This document shows positions 45,071 to 53,298 of a stretch of DNA of 53,298 bases, one piece after another. Below the pieces are notes generated by a model. That model was not told the DNA's origin. It saw only the letters and a program-made list of their open reading frames with translations, and ran no database searches. The translations under genes and the position numbers were made by a program. How positions within the stretch are numbered: the stretch's first letter is position 1; every line of letters begins with the position of its first letter. Source of the stretch: a virus (taxonomy: Duplodnaviria; Caudoviricetes); IMG/VR virus record IMGVR_UViG_3300044675_003062, positions 1-53,298 of that record; one strand, 5' to 3'.

Positions 45071-45393
45071 GCGTAGACCTCGACAACGCCTTGCAACGCC
45101 GTTCGCTGCACGCCACCGGGGGCAATCCAATCAAGCCGCCAACCGTAGGTGCCCGCAGCCAGCGATGCCGTCTGCGTGTCTGTGAGACTGACAGCCACCA
45201 CCGCAGCGGCAGCGTCGGTGACGCTGGTCGTGATCGGCGACACCGTGCTGCCGGTGACGAGACTAGTGAGCGTGCTCGTCACCGTATAGCCGACAAGCGA
45301 CACGCCGCCGAAGTCGATGCTGGTGGCGAAGTCATCGCCACGCCGAAAGGCAAGGCTCATCGTGCCTGGAAGCTGCGTATAGGTCGTGCTCAC
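45067..45393 (-). CDS. Beta-sandwich fibre adaptor, paralog of 24151-24531
   Basis: YTQLPGTMSLAFRRGDDF...VSLTDTQT...RTALQGVVEV; GTG start overlaps the upstream stop. Confidence 0.6.
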   Translation of the reverse strand: MSTTYTQLPGTMSLAFRRGDDFATSIDFGGVSLVGYTVTSTLTSLVTGSTVSPITTSVTDAAAAVVAVSLTDTQTASLAAGTYGWRLDWIAPGGVQRTALQGVVEVYA

Positions 45394-45662
45394 TTGGTCG
45401 CTCCTGTCTTGCACTTGCACGACGGCGGGCAGGGGCACGCCGTGCGGTGGCCGTCGCCATGAACGATGTAGCCACGCCCGCCGCACTCGGTGCAGCAGCC
45501 CGGCTTGGGCGGTGCTGGCTCTGGCGTGGGCACCGGAGCCTTTTCCTGTGCCGTGGTGGCGTATGCCGCCGAGACAGCCGCCGAGGCTCTAGGTGCCTCT
45601 ACGTCTATTTGCGTTTGGTCAGCCGAGAGGCTAGCCAAGATTGCGAGTAGCCATTGCCACAT
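45390..45662 (-). CDS. Exported Pro/Cys-rich small protein
   Basis: Hydrophobic N-terminus, PEPAPP linker, CTECGGRG...CPC..CKC. Confidence 0.55.
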   Translation of the reverse strand: MWQWLLAILASLSADQTQIDVEAPRASAAVSAAYATTAQEKAPVPTPEPAPPKPGCCTECGGRGYIVHGDGHRTACPCPPSCKCKTGATK

Positions 45663-45665
45663 AGT

Positions 45666-45926
45666 TCACCATCCTTGCCCGTGGTTCAGAATCCTGTGCC
45701 CGTCGGCATCAACGCGAGCGTGTACCACATACTCCTGCTCGGCGGGCGGTTGCTCCGCGAACATCATCGCCCACAAGCCAAGCCGGGCTAGCCGCTGAAC
45801 GAATCGCAGCACGGGCCGCTGCGGCTCGGGCTTCACTGGGCTGTAGTCCGACGTCGCCGCCCACCAAGTCAGCATGACGGTCACCAAGCCGACGACGACG
45901 GCCGTCTGGATTTCTCTCTTGCTCAT
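45666..45926 (-). CDS. Small membrane protein
   Basis: N-terminal hydrophobic segment; 86 aa. Confidence 0.55.
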   Translation of the reverse strand: MSKREIQTAVVVGLVTVMLTWWAATSDYSPVKPEPQRPVLRFVQRLARLGLWAMMFAEQPPAEQEYVVHARVDADGHRILNHGQGW

Positions 45927-46150
45927 CGGTCGTCACTCCACAGCGAGTAGGCGAACATCACAGCCACGGCACCGATCACGCTGCCGATCAGCCCGGCGGG
46001 AGCGTCACCAAACGGCAGGCCGCCAGCGAGCGAACCGATGACGCCGAGTCCGATTGTCGGCACCCAGCCATCGGGGCACTTGCCGGGGTACAGCCATTTC
46101 GCAATGCCGCCAGCAACGGCACCGAATACGAGCCACGTGAGAAGCGACAT
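45923..46150 (-). CDS. GlsB/YeaQ/YmgE (transglycosylase-associated) membrane protein
   Basis: WLVFGAVAGGIAKWLYPG...TIGLGVIGSLAGG...LIGSVIGAV. Confidence 0.75.
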   Translation of the reverse strand: MSLLTWLVFGAVAGGIAKWLYPGKCPDGWVPTIGLGVIGSLAGGLPFGDAPAGLIGSVIGAVAVMFAYSLWSDDR

Positions 46151-46159
46151 GGAGCACTC

Positions 46160-47299
46160 CTAGAGTCCGAGGGAATAGACGTCAGCGATGAGTCGAGCGG
46201 GCGACGGCGTGCGAGTCTGCGTCTCAGGCGGTGCGGGCTGGAGCCATCCACCGTGATCGAGGTTGCGGTACCGGAAATTGACCCCTGAGATGCTGAACGA
46301 GTCTTGCCCAGCGAGCATCGCGTCAACGGTCTCGCGAGATACCCAGAACGATCCGTCTGGCTGGTCAGACGGCCACTTCGGGCCTGCGTTGAACACGCCC
46401 CAGGAGTTGAGGCACAGCAGCCCGTCCCGCTTGCCTTCGCCCTTGGCGTAACGCACAGCGATGAAACACATGCAGTGCGCCCAAGAGCCAGACCTCGGTG
46501 CGAAGCCATCAGCGTCACGCTGCGACGAGAAGCCAACACCAGAACAGACCGGCACGGGGTAGCCCGACTCGATGCTTGCCGCAGCCTCGTCGAATGTGCG
46601 GACAAGTGCGACGTTCTTTGCTGTGTGTTTGTTGGCGAGCTTCGCCAGTGCGATGCCATTAGCACCACCACCGCACAACACGTTGCCCCACTCTTTTGCA
46701 CGACTCGGGTTGTACGTCGTCAAGTCAGCACCGGGATACTGCTGGCGAAACAGGATGCCGCCGACCGTGTTGTCCTTGCACTTCCCTGCCACCCAGCGTG
46801 CAGCCGCACCACCGTAGGAGCCGTCCGAGTAGCCAGCCTGAGTGACCGGCGGCAGCCTGCCAGCGGTGCGTGATCCCGAGTACAGCGGCTCGGTCGCGAC
46901 GAGCTTGGGCGGCTCGGGCAATTCACCTTCTGCCCAATCCACACACTGCCCAACATACGAACCCATGGCCCAGCCAAACGACACGCAGTCGCCGATTCCC
47001 TGCCGCCACGGGCCGAACGGCTTGCCGTAGACCTGACGGTGTGCCCGGTCAGCGTGGCGATATAGAAACGTGTCCTTCTGCTGCGACTTCTGCATGACTT
47101 CTTTGCCAGCGTCAGAGAAAAGCGGCTGGTCGAGTTCCGCAAGGAACCGCCGCGTCCCCTCTGGGTCTGGCGTATAGCCGAACTGTCCGTCAATCCGCGT
47201 GACGACCTTGTTCGTGGCTCTCTCAACGAGTGCCCCCAAGATCGCCATAACGACGACGAACGTAACGGCACCGATAGACCATTGATTACTTCGCGACAT
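46160..47299 (-). CDS. Papain-like (C1) cysteine peptidase with N-terminal membrane anchor
   Basis: Q-x-x-G-D-C (RQGIGDCVSFG), His (WAHCMCF), Asn (LNSWG), DGSFWV. Confidence 0.75.
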   Translation of the reverse strand: MSRSNQWSIGAVTFVVVMAILGALVERATNKVVTRIDGQFGYTPDPEGTRRFLAELDQPLFSDAGKEVMQKSQQKDTFLYRHADRAHRQVYGKPFGPWRQGIGDCVSFGWAMGSYVGQCVDWAEGELPEPPKLVATEPLYSGSRTAGRLPPVTQAGYSDGSYGGAAARWVAGKCKDNTVGGILFRQQYPGADLTTYNPSRAKEWGNVLCGGGANGIALAKLANKHTAKNVALVRTFDEAAASIESGYPVPVCSGVGFSSQRDADGFAPRSGSWAHCMCFIAVRYAKGEGKRDGLLCLNSWGVFNAGPKWPSDQPDGSFWVSRETVDAMLAGQDSFSISGVNFRYRNLDHGGWLQPAPPETQTRTPSPARLIADVYSLGL

Positions 47300-47840
47300 C
47301 GGCAGCAGCCCTCGCAAGGTCACGCAGTGCAGCCACCCACGCCGCCCGGCTCTCAGGCGTCACAGGCCCACCAGACGAGCCGACAGCATCGTCGAGAAAC
47401 TTGTGCACGGCGTCCCGCACTTGCGGTTGCCGGGCACCGATACTCTCGCCACGGCATCGCATCTCGCGGGCTGCGATCCGTAGCTCATCAAACGCCACGC
47501 CGGTTCGCAGCCTCTGGTCATGCTGCCCGTCGTACTCGATGCAGTCCGCAAGCTCTGCACACAAGGCAGATAGGGTCGCGGCGTCCGAGGCGGCTGACGG
47601 GCCGATGAACTTGCCCCGTAGCGTGAACGCATCCGGTGGCACGGGCACGGGCTGCGGCGTCGGTGCAGCCTTGCTTGGCATGAACGCAATCGCAGCAGCG
47701 ACGAGCAAGGCAACCGCCGCGAGGTGCTTGCCGTCGATGCTTGGCTTGCTTGCTGTGGCATACCACGCCTGCACCCGCTCGGTGATCTGCTGACCGGCGA
47801 GAGCGTACAACGCAAACGCCAGAAGGATCGCTGTAATCAT
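47286..47840 (-). CDS. Membrane-anchored hypothetical protein
   Basis: Two hydrophobic segments, then a PTPQPVPVPP linker and a helical domain. Confidence 0.6.
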   Translation of the reverse strand: MITAILLAFALYALAGQQITERVQAWYATASKPSIDGKHLAAVALLVAAAIAFMPSKAAPTPQPVPVPPDAFTLRGKFIGPSAASDAATLSALCAELADCIEYDGQHDQRLRTGVAFDELRIAAREMRCRGESIGARQPQVRDAVHKFLDDAVGSSGGPVTPESRAAWVAALRDLARAAADVAK

Positions 47841-48193
47841 TGTGCTCTCACAAGTGGAAGGATGGTTTCGATGGTTCCCGCAGCAATAGCCACGACCAAC
47901 GCCCGAGCCGGTGGCCGCACAATGAACCAGAACGGGTAGACGCTCATGGGCACGCACGCGATCGCCAGCGTGTCGAACAGCACACCCACAGACTCAAGCA
48001 CGATGTCTCGCTTTTGCGGCCCGGTCAGCGTCTGCACGGCGTCGAGCATTTCGACCGCAAGCCTGACAAGTGACGCAACCAGCGACCCAAACTCAGCCCA
48101 CGTCAGCCCGTCGCGTGCCTGCTCGCGGGCCGAGTCAAGGAACCGCTGGGCCGCGACGACGAACGCCGGTAGTGTGTTTTCGGCTGACGCCAT
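47837..48193 (-). CDS. Hypothetical, possibly holin-like protein
   Basis: DGLTWAE...LTGPQKR...hydrophobic C-terminus. Confidence 0.5.
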   Translation of the reverse strand: MASAENTLPAFVVAAQRFLDSAREQARDGLTWAEFGSLVASLVRLAVEMLDAVQTLTGPQKRDIVLESVGVLFDTLAIACVPMSVYPFWFIVRPPARALVVAIAAGTIETILPLVRAQ

Positions 48194-48218
48194 GGGGCAC
48201 CTCGGGGAGCGGAACGAC

Positions 48219-48476
48219 TCACTTCGATTCTGGCGAATCACCCTGGCTGTCTGGCAGAGGCCAGACGATCACGTCTAGCAGCCACTGGTACACGTCCTGC
48301 CAGCAGTCATCGGCCTCCTGGCACGCCTCTTTGCGTTCAAGCAGGAACGGCTGCGTGAACACTTCCTCCCGCCCGCCAATGATCTTTCCGTCAACGTCTT
48401 GAAGGGTCAGATAGACGTACCGTCGTCCGTATTCGACGACGATCCGCCGCTCGATACCGTCGGGCCGCTCACTCAT
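48219..48476 (-). CDS. Hypothetical protein
   Basis: 85-aa ORF overlapping the upstream stop. Confidence 0.55.
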   Translation of the reverse strand: MSERPDGIERRIVVEYGRRYVYLTLQDVDGKIIGGREEVFTQPFLLERKEACQEADDCWQDVYQWLLDVIVWPLPDSQGDSPESK

Positions 48477-48828
48477 CGGCGAACCCTTCCATCGCCTCGC
48501 GGGCTTCGTTGGTGAGTTCGATCCGTTTCAGTACGAACTGCCGGGGCTTGACCACTTGCCGCTCGCCTCGCGTCCGGTCATCCCACCGCGACTGAATCTC
48601 TAGGCAAGCCTTGCGAATCTCGCTGGGAGTGGGGTCAACCGACTCGCCGCGAGCAGGCTTGAATCGCAGCCGCCTGTCGTTTCGCAGCGGCAGATTCCAC
48701 ACGTCGCGAAGTCTCAGTACCTGATCCTTCGTGATGGTGAAGCGGGTGCAGAGGTCGGCAATCGGCATGTGCGTAGCCCAGTCGGCTGCGAACGACTCAA
48801 TGCTGATCGTTGCGGTGACGCCTGCCAT
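48469..48828 (-). CDS. HTH-like protein with DPTP motif (paralog of 50724-50975)
   Basis: LRDVWNLPLR...DPTPSEI. Confidence 0.5.
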   Translation of the reverse strand: MAGVTATISIESFAADWATHMPIADLCTRFTITKDQVLRLRDVWNLPLRNDRRLRFKPARGESVDPTPSEIRKACLEIQSRWDDRTRGERQVVKPRQFVLKRIELTNEAREAMEGFADE

Positions 48829-48832
48829 AGGT

Positions 48833-49660
48833 TCACTCCAGCCAATACATCACAGACCGCATCGCTGGGTCGAGGTACAGCCGATGCCCTGTCCTCTGGG
48901 CAATGGTCGCATGAAAGCCAACGTGCTCGCAGTCCGCACCGTCGTACGTTCCCGCGAGGTATGCCTGCGTCTCGTAGATAGCCAGCCCACCGAACGCGGA
49001 GCAGACCGGGATCGGCGGCGAGCCAACCGGCGGCACCCATGAATGTTTCCAGCCACCGAGGCCAGCGGTGTAGTCATCGAAGGTCGAGTTGAGTCTCAGT
49101 GCCCATGCGTCATAGTGCAGCCATGACTTTGTCCTCGCATGCTCCATGATCGACACGCTCGCCACGCCGTAGGCATCTTCAGTCGCTGCCAGCGACCCCA
49201 CGCCGTGCATCACGCCAACGTGGCTCCAGCCTCCCCACGCATCCCAATCAATGACGAGCGTGTAGGTCGAGTCTGGGCAGTGCTGCCGCACCCACTCCTG
49301 GCACGCGGTGCGGTACTCGGCTAGGGCAACCGTTCGCGGGCCTGCGAACTCTGCCGAGAACTGCTGACGGTTGAGCGTCTGAGTGTGAAACGTCGCCTGC
49401 GGGTGGGCATCGCAGAAGCTCGCCAGCACCGTTTCGGTGTCGTCCGTGTTGTCGTTCGTCTCGATGTGCAGCCGCCACGACCGGCAGTCGCCGACAAGCT
49501 GCAAGAGTCGCATCAGATTGGCGTCGAGCGATCGCCCGCAGTTCCTCGCCAGCCCGACGATAGCCACGTCGGCATCGGCCCATGCTTCGACGCCGACGGA
49601 ATGCACTCGCGCGAAGTCCGCTGCGAAGTGATCGAGCGGGTAAATCAGTTCGTCAGGCAC
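48833..49660 (-). CDS. Glycosyltransferase-like protein (CAP59/mannosyltransferase-like)
   Basis: GLARNC, ETNDNTDDT, LAEYRT, VIDWD, YDAWALR, VCSAFGGLAIY, DCEHV; start uncertain. Confidence 0.7.
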   Translation of the reverse strand: MPDELIYPLDHFAADFARVHSVGVEAWADADVAIVGLARNCGRSLDANLMRLLQLVGDCRSWRLHIETNDNTDDTETVLASFCDAHPQATFHTQTLNRQQFSAEFAGPRTVALAEYRTACQEWVRQHCPDSTYTLVIDWDAWGGWSHVGVMHGVGSLAATEDAYGVASVSIMEHARTKSWLHYDAWALRLNSTFDDYTAGLGGWKHSWVPPVGSPPIPVCSAFGGLAIYETQAYLAGTYDGADCEHVGFHATIAQRTGHRLYLDPAMRSVMYWLE

Positions 49661-50288
49661 CCGCTGCGATTTTGGCGAGCTTGGCAATGAGGCTGAGTCG
49701 GTCATCGTATTGCGTGACGTGGACGAAGTAGGGCTTGTCTGGCTTGTTGATGTCGCCGGGGTGGTGATTCCAGACCGGCGGCAAAAACGTCGTCTGCCCG
49801 TAGAGTCTGGTGGGGCTGTCAAGTTTCCCGTGCGGCCCCGGCTCGACCACGTAGCCCATCAATCGCATGATGGCCGCTTGCTCCCACCACGGGTGGTGAA
49901 CGAACTCCGAGCCGTCCATCCAAGCCTGCTGCAGCGTCGGCCTCATCTCCTTTGACACGACCCACACGCCGCAGTTCGGGACGCGGCCGCACTCGGTAAG
50001 GTGCTCAACGACCGCTTGGCACTTCCCCGGCTGTAGTTCGGCAATGATGTCTGCACCCGGCCATGCGATCACGACATCAGCGTCGAGCCACGCCACCACG
50101 TCATACCGATTCAGGGCGGCATACATTGCTGGCAGTTTCTGCCATGACGCTGGCCGCTCGCCAATAAGACTCACGGCAATGAAGTCGTGGCCGTGCCGCT
50201 CGGCATACGCTTCCATCAGTGGTGCGGTGTGCTTTGCCATCGCGGCGTGCGTGGCACCGCTCCAGCCGGTGAGGATCAGAGACTGCAT
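49653..50288 (-). CDS. Glycosyltransferase-like protein (GT34/GMA12-MNN10-like)
   Basis: YAERHGHDF, SWQKL, WLDADVVI, NCGVWVV, WEQAAI, FVHV. Confidence 0.75.
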   Translation of the reverse strand: MQSLILTGWSGATHAAMAKHTAPLMEAYAERHGHDFIAVSLIGERPASWQKLPAMYAALNRYDVVAWLDADVVIAWPGADIIAELQPGKCQAVVEHLTECGRVPNCGVWVVSKEMRPTLQQAWMDGSEFVHHPWWEQAAIMRLMGYVVEPGPHGKLDSPTRLYGQTTFLPPVWNHHPGDINKPDKPYFVHVTQYDDRLSLIAKLAKIAAGA

Positions 50289-50349
50289 GCGATGCTCCTG
50301 CCGCTGCCCGCCCCGCCGCTTGGGCAACGGGGGCGGGCAACGGGGCTTC

Positions 50350-50664
50350 TCAGTCGGCGTAGCGAATGACGGCGAACCAGACCCGCTTCGCAGGCGACCA
50401 TGCAACGCCCTTCTCGGCGATGCGGTACCGCCCGTAGTAGCAGCAGTTTTTCAACGCTGCGTCTGGGCCAGCCGATGACATGCCGATGCCCTCTCGCCGC
50501 CCGCCAGCACGGCCGCAATGCCGCAAGATTCCGGTGCGAGCCATGTGGTCTGCGTCGTCCTGTGCCGTGGTGATGTTCACCGTGTTGGCATGGATGACGT
50601 AGCCGTCGGCTTGAGCCGTGGCAGCACCGCAGCAGATCGCCAGAGTCAGGAAGAAACTTCGCAT
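50350..50664 (-). CDS. Secreted minimal CAP/SCP-like protein
   Basis: Signal peptide; AQDDADHMA...LRH...EGIG...GVA...WFAVIRY. Confidence 0.5.
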   Translation of the reverse strand: MRSFFLTLAICCGAATAQADGYVIHANTVNITTAQDDADHMARTGILRHCGRAGGRREGIGMSSAGPDAALKNCCYYGRYRIAEKGVAWSPAKRVWFAVIRYAD

Positions 50665-50723
50665 ATGAATCCTTTCGCAACGGGGTTTCGATCCAATCAA
50701 CTCCACAAACACTAGAGAAGCTG

Positions 50724-50975
50724 TCAACCCAACGCCCGCATCTCGGCGAAGTGCTTTTCGCGTAGCTCCTTCTTCAGCCGCTCAAGCTCGTCTGGCGACG
50801 GGTCGCGGATGGATGGCGGGCGGTACTTCTGCCGCCGCATCGGGAGGTTGTGTCGCACTCGTAGCTGTGCGACATAGACCACCGGGCACCCAAGAGCGGA
50901 CGCAATCTGTGCGTGCGTCCGCCCTTGGCTCCACAGCTTCTTGAGCTTCTCAACGTCGTAAACAACCTCGCTCAT
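50724..50975 (-). CDS. GcrA-like HTH protein
   Basis: VEKLKKLWSQGRTHAQIASALG...RHNLPMR...DPSPDEL. Confidence 0.6.
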   Translation of the reverse strand: MSEVVYDVEKLKKLWSQGRTHAQIASALGCPVVYVAQLRVRHNLPMRRQKYRPPSIRDPSPDELERLKKELREKHFAEMRALG

Positions 50976-50976
50976 C

Positions 50977-52113
50977 TCAATCCTTTGCAAGCGGCATGAT
51001 GACAGTGAACGCATCGTCGCAGCGAAGCAGCAGGGCGGCGGTGCCGCTCTCCGCTTCGATGTCTACCATCGCCGCACGGTCGAGCGACTCAAGCCACTCA
51101 ATCGCGAAGCCGGGGTTGATTTCCAATTCGCACTTCTGGCCCACCTCGACCAATTCGCACGAGGCCGACGACTCGCCGTACTCCGACGACTTGCCCGCCA
51201 GCTTCAGCCCTTTGTCGGTGAACGCCAACCGCGTCCCACGGCTGCTCTCGCTAGTGCAGATCGCCGCCATCTGGCAGGCATGGAGCAACGGCCCCACGCC
51301 CGCTACGGACTGCGTCACGTCGCGGTCTGGTAGCACCTTCCGCCATGCGGGAAAGTCACCCGCGACGAGCCGAGCCTGCACCACGACGCCGTCGATGTTG
51401 GCGATCAACTCCGTTCCCGCCGTTTCAAGCTGGATGGCGTCTCGACCGCCGCACAGCTTGCAGATCACGTCCACGGCCCGCCGGGGCACGAGCGTCTTGG
51501 AGGCGTCGAGGTCTTGATCCACCTCGCACTGCGCCCAGCACATTCGCCGACCATCAGACGCGACGAATGTCAGCTTGCCGTACTCGCTGTCCTTCTCGTT
51601 GGTGAACTCAATCAGCACACCCGTGTACGCTGGCCTGCCTGCCTTCGCGTCTGTGGCGAACTTCACGCTGCCCATCATGGACACGAACTGGTCTGCCGGA
51701 AGCCGGGAGATCGGACGCCCGACGCCTTCATGGGCATCGGGGAACTCGCTCACCGCCTCGGTCGGCAGTGACCATCGACCGCCAGCACAAGCCACCTTGC
51801 AGACTGAGCCGTCTACCGCAAGCGTCACCTCGGCGTCGTCGCTGCATGAGTTGAGAATCTGCAGCATCCTCGCGTGCGGCAGCAACACGGCTGGGCCGGT
51901 CGCACCGGGCAGCGGATACGTCACGCGTATCTCCAAGTCGGTCGCGGAGAGCGTGCCGTCCGAGCCGATCAACACGTTGCCCAGCACCGGGCGAGGCGAG
52001 CGAGCAGGCACCACGTCCTTCACCGCCGAGAACGCTGCCCGCAGTTCAGCGACGCTGAACTTGAGGGCGGTGCCACCACGTTGGGTCTTTGCGATCTTCT
52101 CTGCCGTAGTCAT
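50977..52113 (-). CDS. dnaN: DNA polymerase III beta sliding clamp
   Basis: PVLGNVLI, SATDLE, FVASDGRR, RLVAGDFP, INPGF, VIMPL; 378 aa. Confidence 0.85.
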   Translation of the reverse strand: MTTAEKIAKTQRGGTALKFSVAELRAAFSAVKDVVPARSPRPVLGNVLIGSDGTLSATDLEIRVTYPLPGATGPAVLLPHARMLQILNSCSDDAEVTLAVDGSVCKVACAGGRWSLPTEAVSEFPDAHEGVGRPISRLPADQFVSMMGSVKFATDAKAGRPAYTGVLIEFTNEKDSEYGKLTFVASDGRRMCWAQCEVDQDLDASKTLVPRRAVDVICKLCGGRDAIQLETAGTELIANIDGVVVQARLVAGDFPAWRKVLPDRDVTQSVAGVGPLLHACQMAAICTSESSRGTRLAFTDKGLKLAGKSSEYGESSASCELVEVGQKCELEINPGFAIEWLESLDRAAMVDIEAESGTAALLLRCDDAFTVIMPLAKD

Positions 52114-52210
52114 GTGATTCCTTTCGCTTGACCAAACCGACCATCACGCCCACCGTGAACGTCACGACGTTGGCGAGAAGTCCGAGTGCGATGAGTGCAA
52201 TGCTCGTCAT
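52046..52210 (-). CDS. Small single-TM protein
   Basis: MTSIALIALGLLANVVTFTVGVMVGLV; ATGA-coupled. Confidence 0.45.
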   Translation of the reverse strand: MTSIALIALGLLANVVTFTVGVMVGLVKRKESHDYGREDRKDPTWWHRPQVQRR

Positions 52211-52494
52211 TCGACGGCCTCCAAGAGTTCGCGTGCCTGTTCCTTGCTGGTCACGACGTGGCACGCCGCGCCGCCTTCCCGTTCGATTTCCGCCATGCGT
52301 CTTGCCTGCAGCGGGGTAGGTTTCTTCCCCGGCTGCTTCACCTCCATGAACATGGCGTTGCCGTTCTTCAGCAGCAGGAGGTCGGGGACACCGGCCAACT
52401 GGTACGGCCCGCCGTGAATCTTCATGACCCACCAGCCGTCTGCTTTGGCTACCCGAACAATGGCGGCGACGATGCTGGATTCAAGCTGTGGCAT
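52207..52494 (-). CDS. VRR-NUC nuclease
   Basis: ESSI...KIHG...GVPDLL...FMEVK...TPLQ. Confidence 0.8.
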   Translation of the reverse strand: MPQLESSIVAAIVRVAKADGWWVMKIHGGPYQLAGVPDLLLLKNGNAMFMEVKQPGKKPTPLQARRMAEIEREGGAACHVVTSKEQARELLEAVE

Positions 52495-52578
52495 TCCTTT
52501 GCCCCGCTGAAAAGTGGTGTATCCAAACAATCAAAGCGGCATGATACACGCCTCAAAAAAAACCGCCAAGCCGGTTGG

Positions 52579-53298
52579 CTAGTTCCCACAATACCCTTCG
52601 CACTCGTCTTGAAACCCGCCGAACAGGTGCTTCTGCCCACTCTTCTCGTCGGCTGGCCGCAGGTCTACTTGGTCAAGCGGGACGCACGCCTTGTGCAGAT
52701 ACCGATGAGAGTCCAGCCCTGTTCCAGTGCGGCACACCTTGTCGATATGCACGGCACGATCCCAGCCTGCGGAATCTTCATCCCGCAGACGCCTCCACTC
52801 AGCGTCAGACTTGAACGGGCAAAACACGCACGCAGACCGTGGCACTTCGTAAGGCAGTCGCGCCTTGAGGTATGCAACGCATTCAGAGCGTGTCATCTCC
52901 ATTTCCCAAAGCGGGAAGTGAACTCGCCAATTTGATGGCTTGGCAAGAAACCGTTGCCTGACGCGAATCACCCGCTTCGGTTCGTCGTAAGACAGGCCCA
53001 TGTACTGATGAACGATGGTTTCCTTGGGAAGCGGCCTGCCGAACTGCCCTCCGCACAGTTCTCTGATGAGACGCTCTATCGGCTTGACCTTGAAGTCTGC
53101 CGTGCATTGCCGCTGAATGATTCCCTTGTCTCCGGTCTGCGGGTTGAGCGTGTAGGCAGGGATGGAAATAAAGTGCCCGCCGTCCGTTCGCTTGTTGCCG
53201 TTCACGTCGCTTCCACGGTCCAAGGCGTCTCCGAGCCTGCCTGCCGTCGTGACGATTATCGGCGGGCCGCCAAGCGTCTTGAGGTACTCAAGGTGCTT
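52579..53298 (-). CDS. PAPS-reductase/PP-loop-like protein, copy 2 (5' part beyond the window)
   Basis: Near-identical to 2248-2967; ends KHLFGGFQDECEGYCGN. Confidence 0.75.
   Translation of the reverse strand, partial: KHLEYLKTLGGPPIIVTTAGRLGDALDRGSDVNGNKRTDGGHFISIPAYTLNPQTGDKGIIQRQCTADFKVKPIERLIRELCGGQFGRPLPKETIVHQYMGLSYDEPKRVIRVRQRFLAKPSNWRVHFPLWEMEMTRSECVAYLKARLPYEVPRSACVFCPFKSDAEWRRLRDEDSAGWDRAVHIDKVCRTGTGLDSHRYLHKACVPLDQVDLRPADEKSGQKHLFGGFQDECEGYCGN

Larger units (their letters stand above)
2248..52578. mobile_element. Apparently complete ~50.3-kb temperate siphovirus unit (HK97-type head)
   Basis: Packaging, head, tail, integration and replication modules all lie between the two copies of the repeat. 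Confidence 0.8.

Noticed and set aside
1-53298. A single phage genome encoding two head systems
   Set aside because: The 50,331-bp unit closes on itself through the repeat without the lambda-type module, so two genomes joined at a shared gene is more parsimonious.

Overview
The window is GC-rich dsDNA tailed-phage sequence, almost all coded on the minus strand. Positions ~2248-52578 form one apparently complete 50,331-bp unit of a temperate siphovirus. It carries an HK97-type head (TerS P27/TerL/portal/protease/MCP), a non-contractile tail with a frameshifted chaperone and tape measure, two fibre modules and a tyrosine integrase with a tRNA-derived attP. It also carries prim-pol/UvrD/SNF2/beta-clamp replication genes, a C5 methylase and three glycosyltransferase-like genes. 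The unit is bounded by two copies of a PAPS-reductase-like gene that are near-identical except in their last ~18 codons. Left of the first copy (1-2246) is a different, lambda-type head module, so the contig is either a two-phage recombinant or an assembly chimera. A Planctomycetota host is my guess from gene-family resemblance only. The most striking observations are five. (1) A non-canonical, tRNA-Sec/allo-tRNA-shaped RNA with a GTA (Tyr) anticodon and a 33-nt variable arm sits right behind the integrase. (2) The SNF2 helicase has its motif Ia permuted in front of the Q motif/Walker A. (3) Nine co-oriented copies of an asymmetric 16-bp motif occur, several overlapping stop codons (stoperator-like). 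(4) A ~200-bp non-coding element is duplicated with conserved spacing, with a partial third copy near the packaging site. (5) Duplicated promoter-stem-loop-RBS cassettes head small-gene arrays. All calls were made by eye, without database searches.
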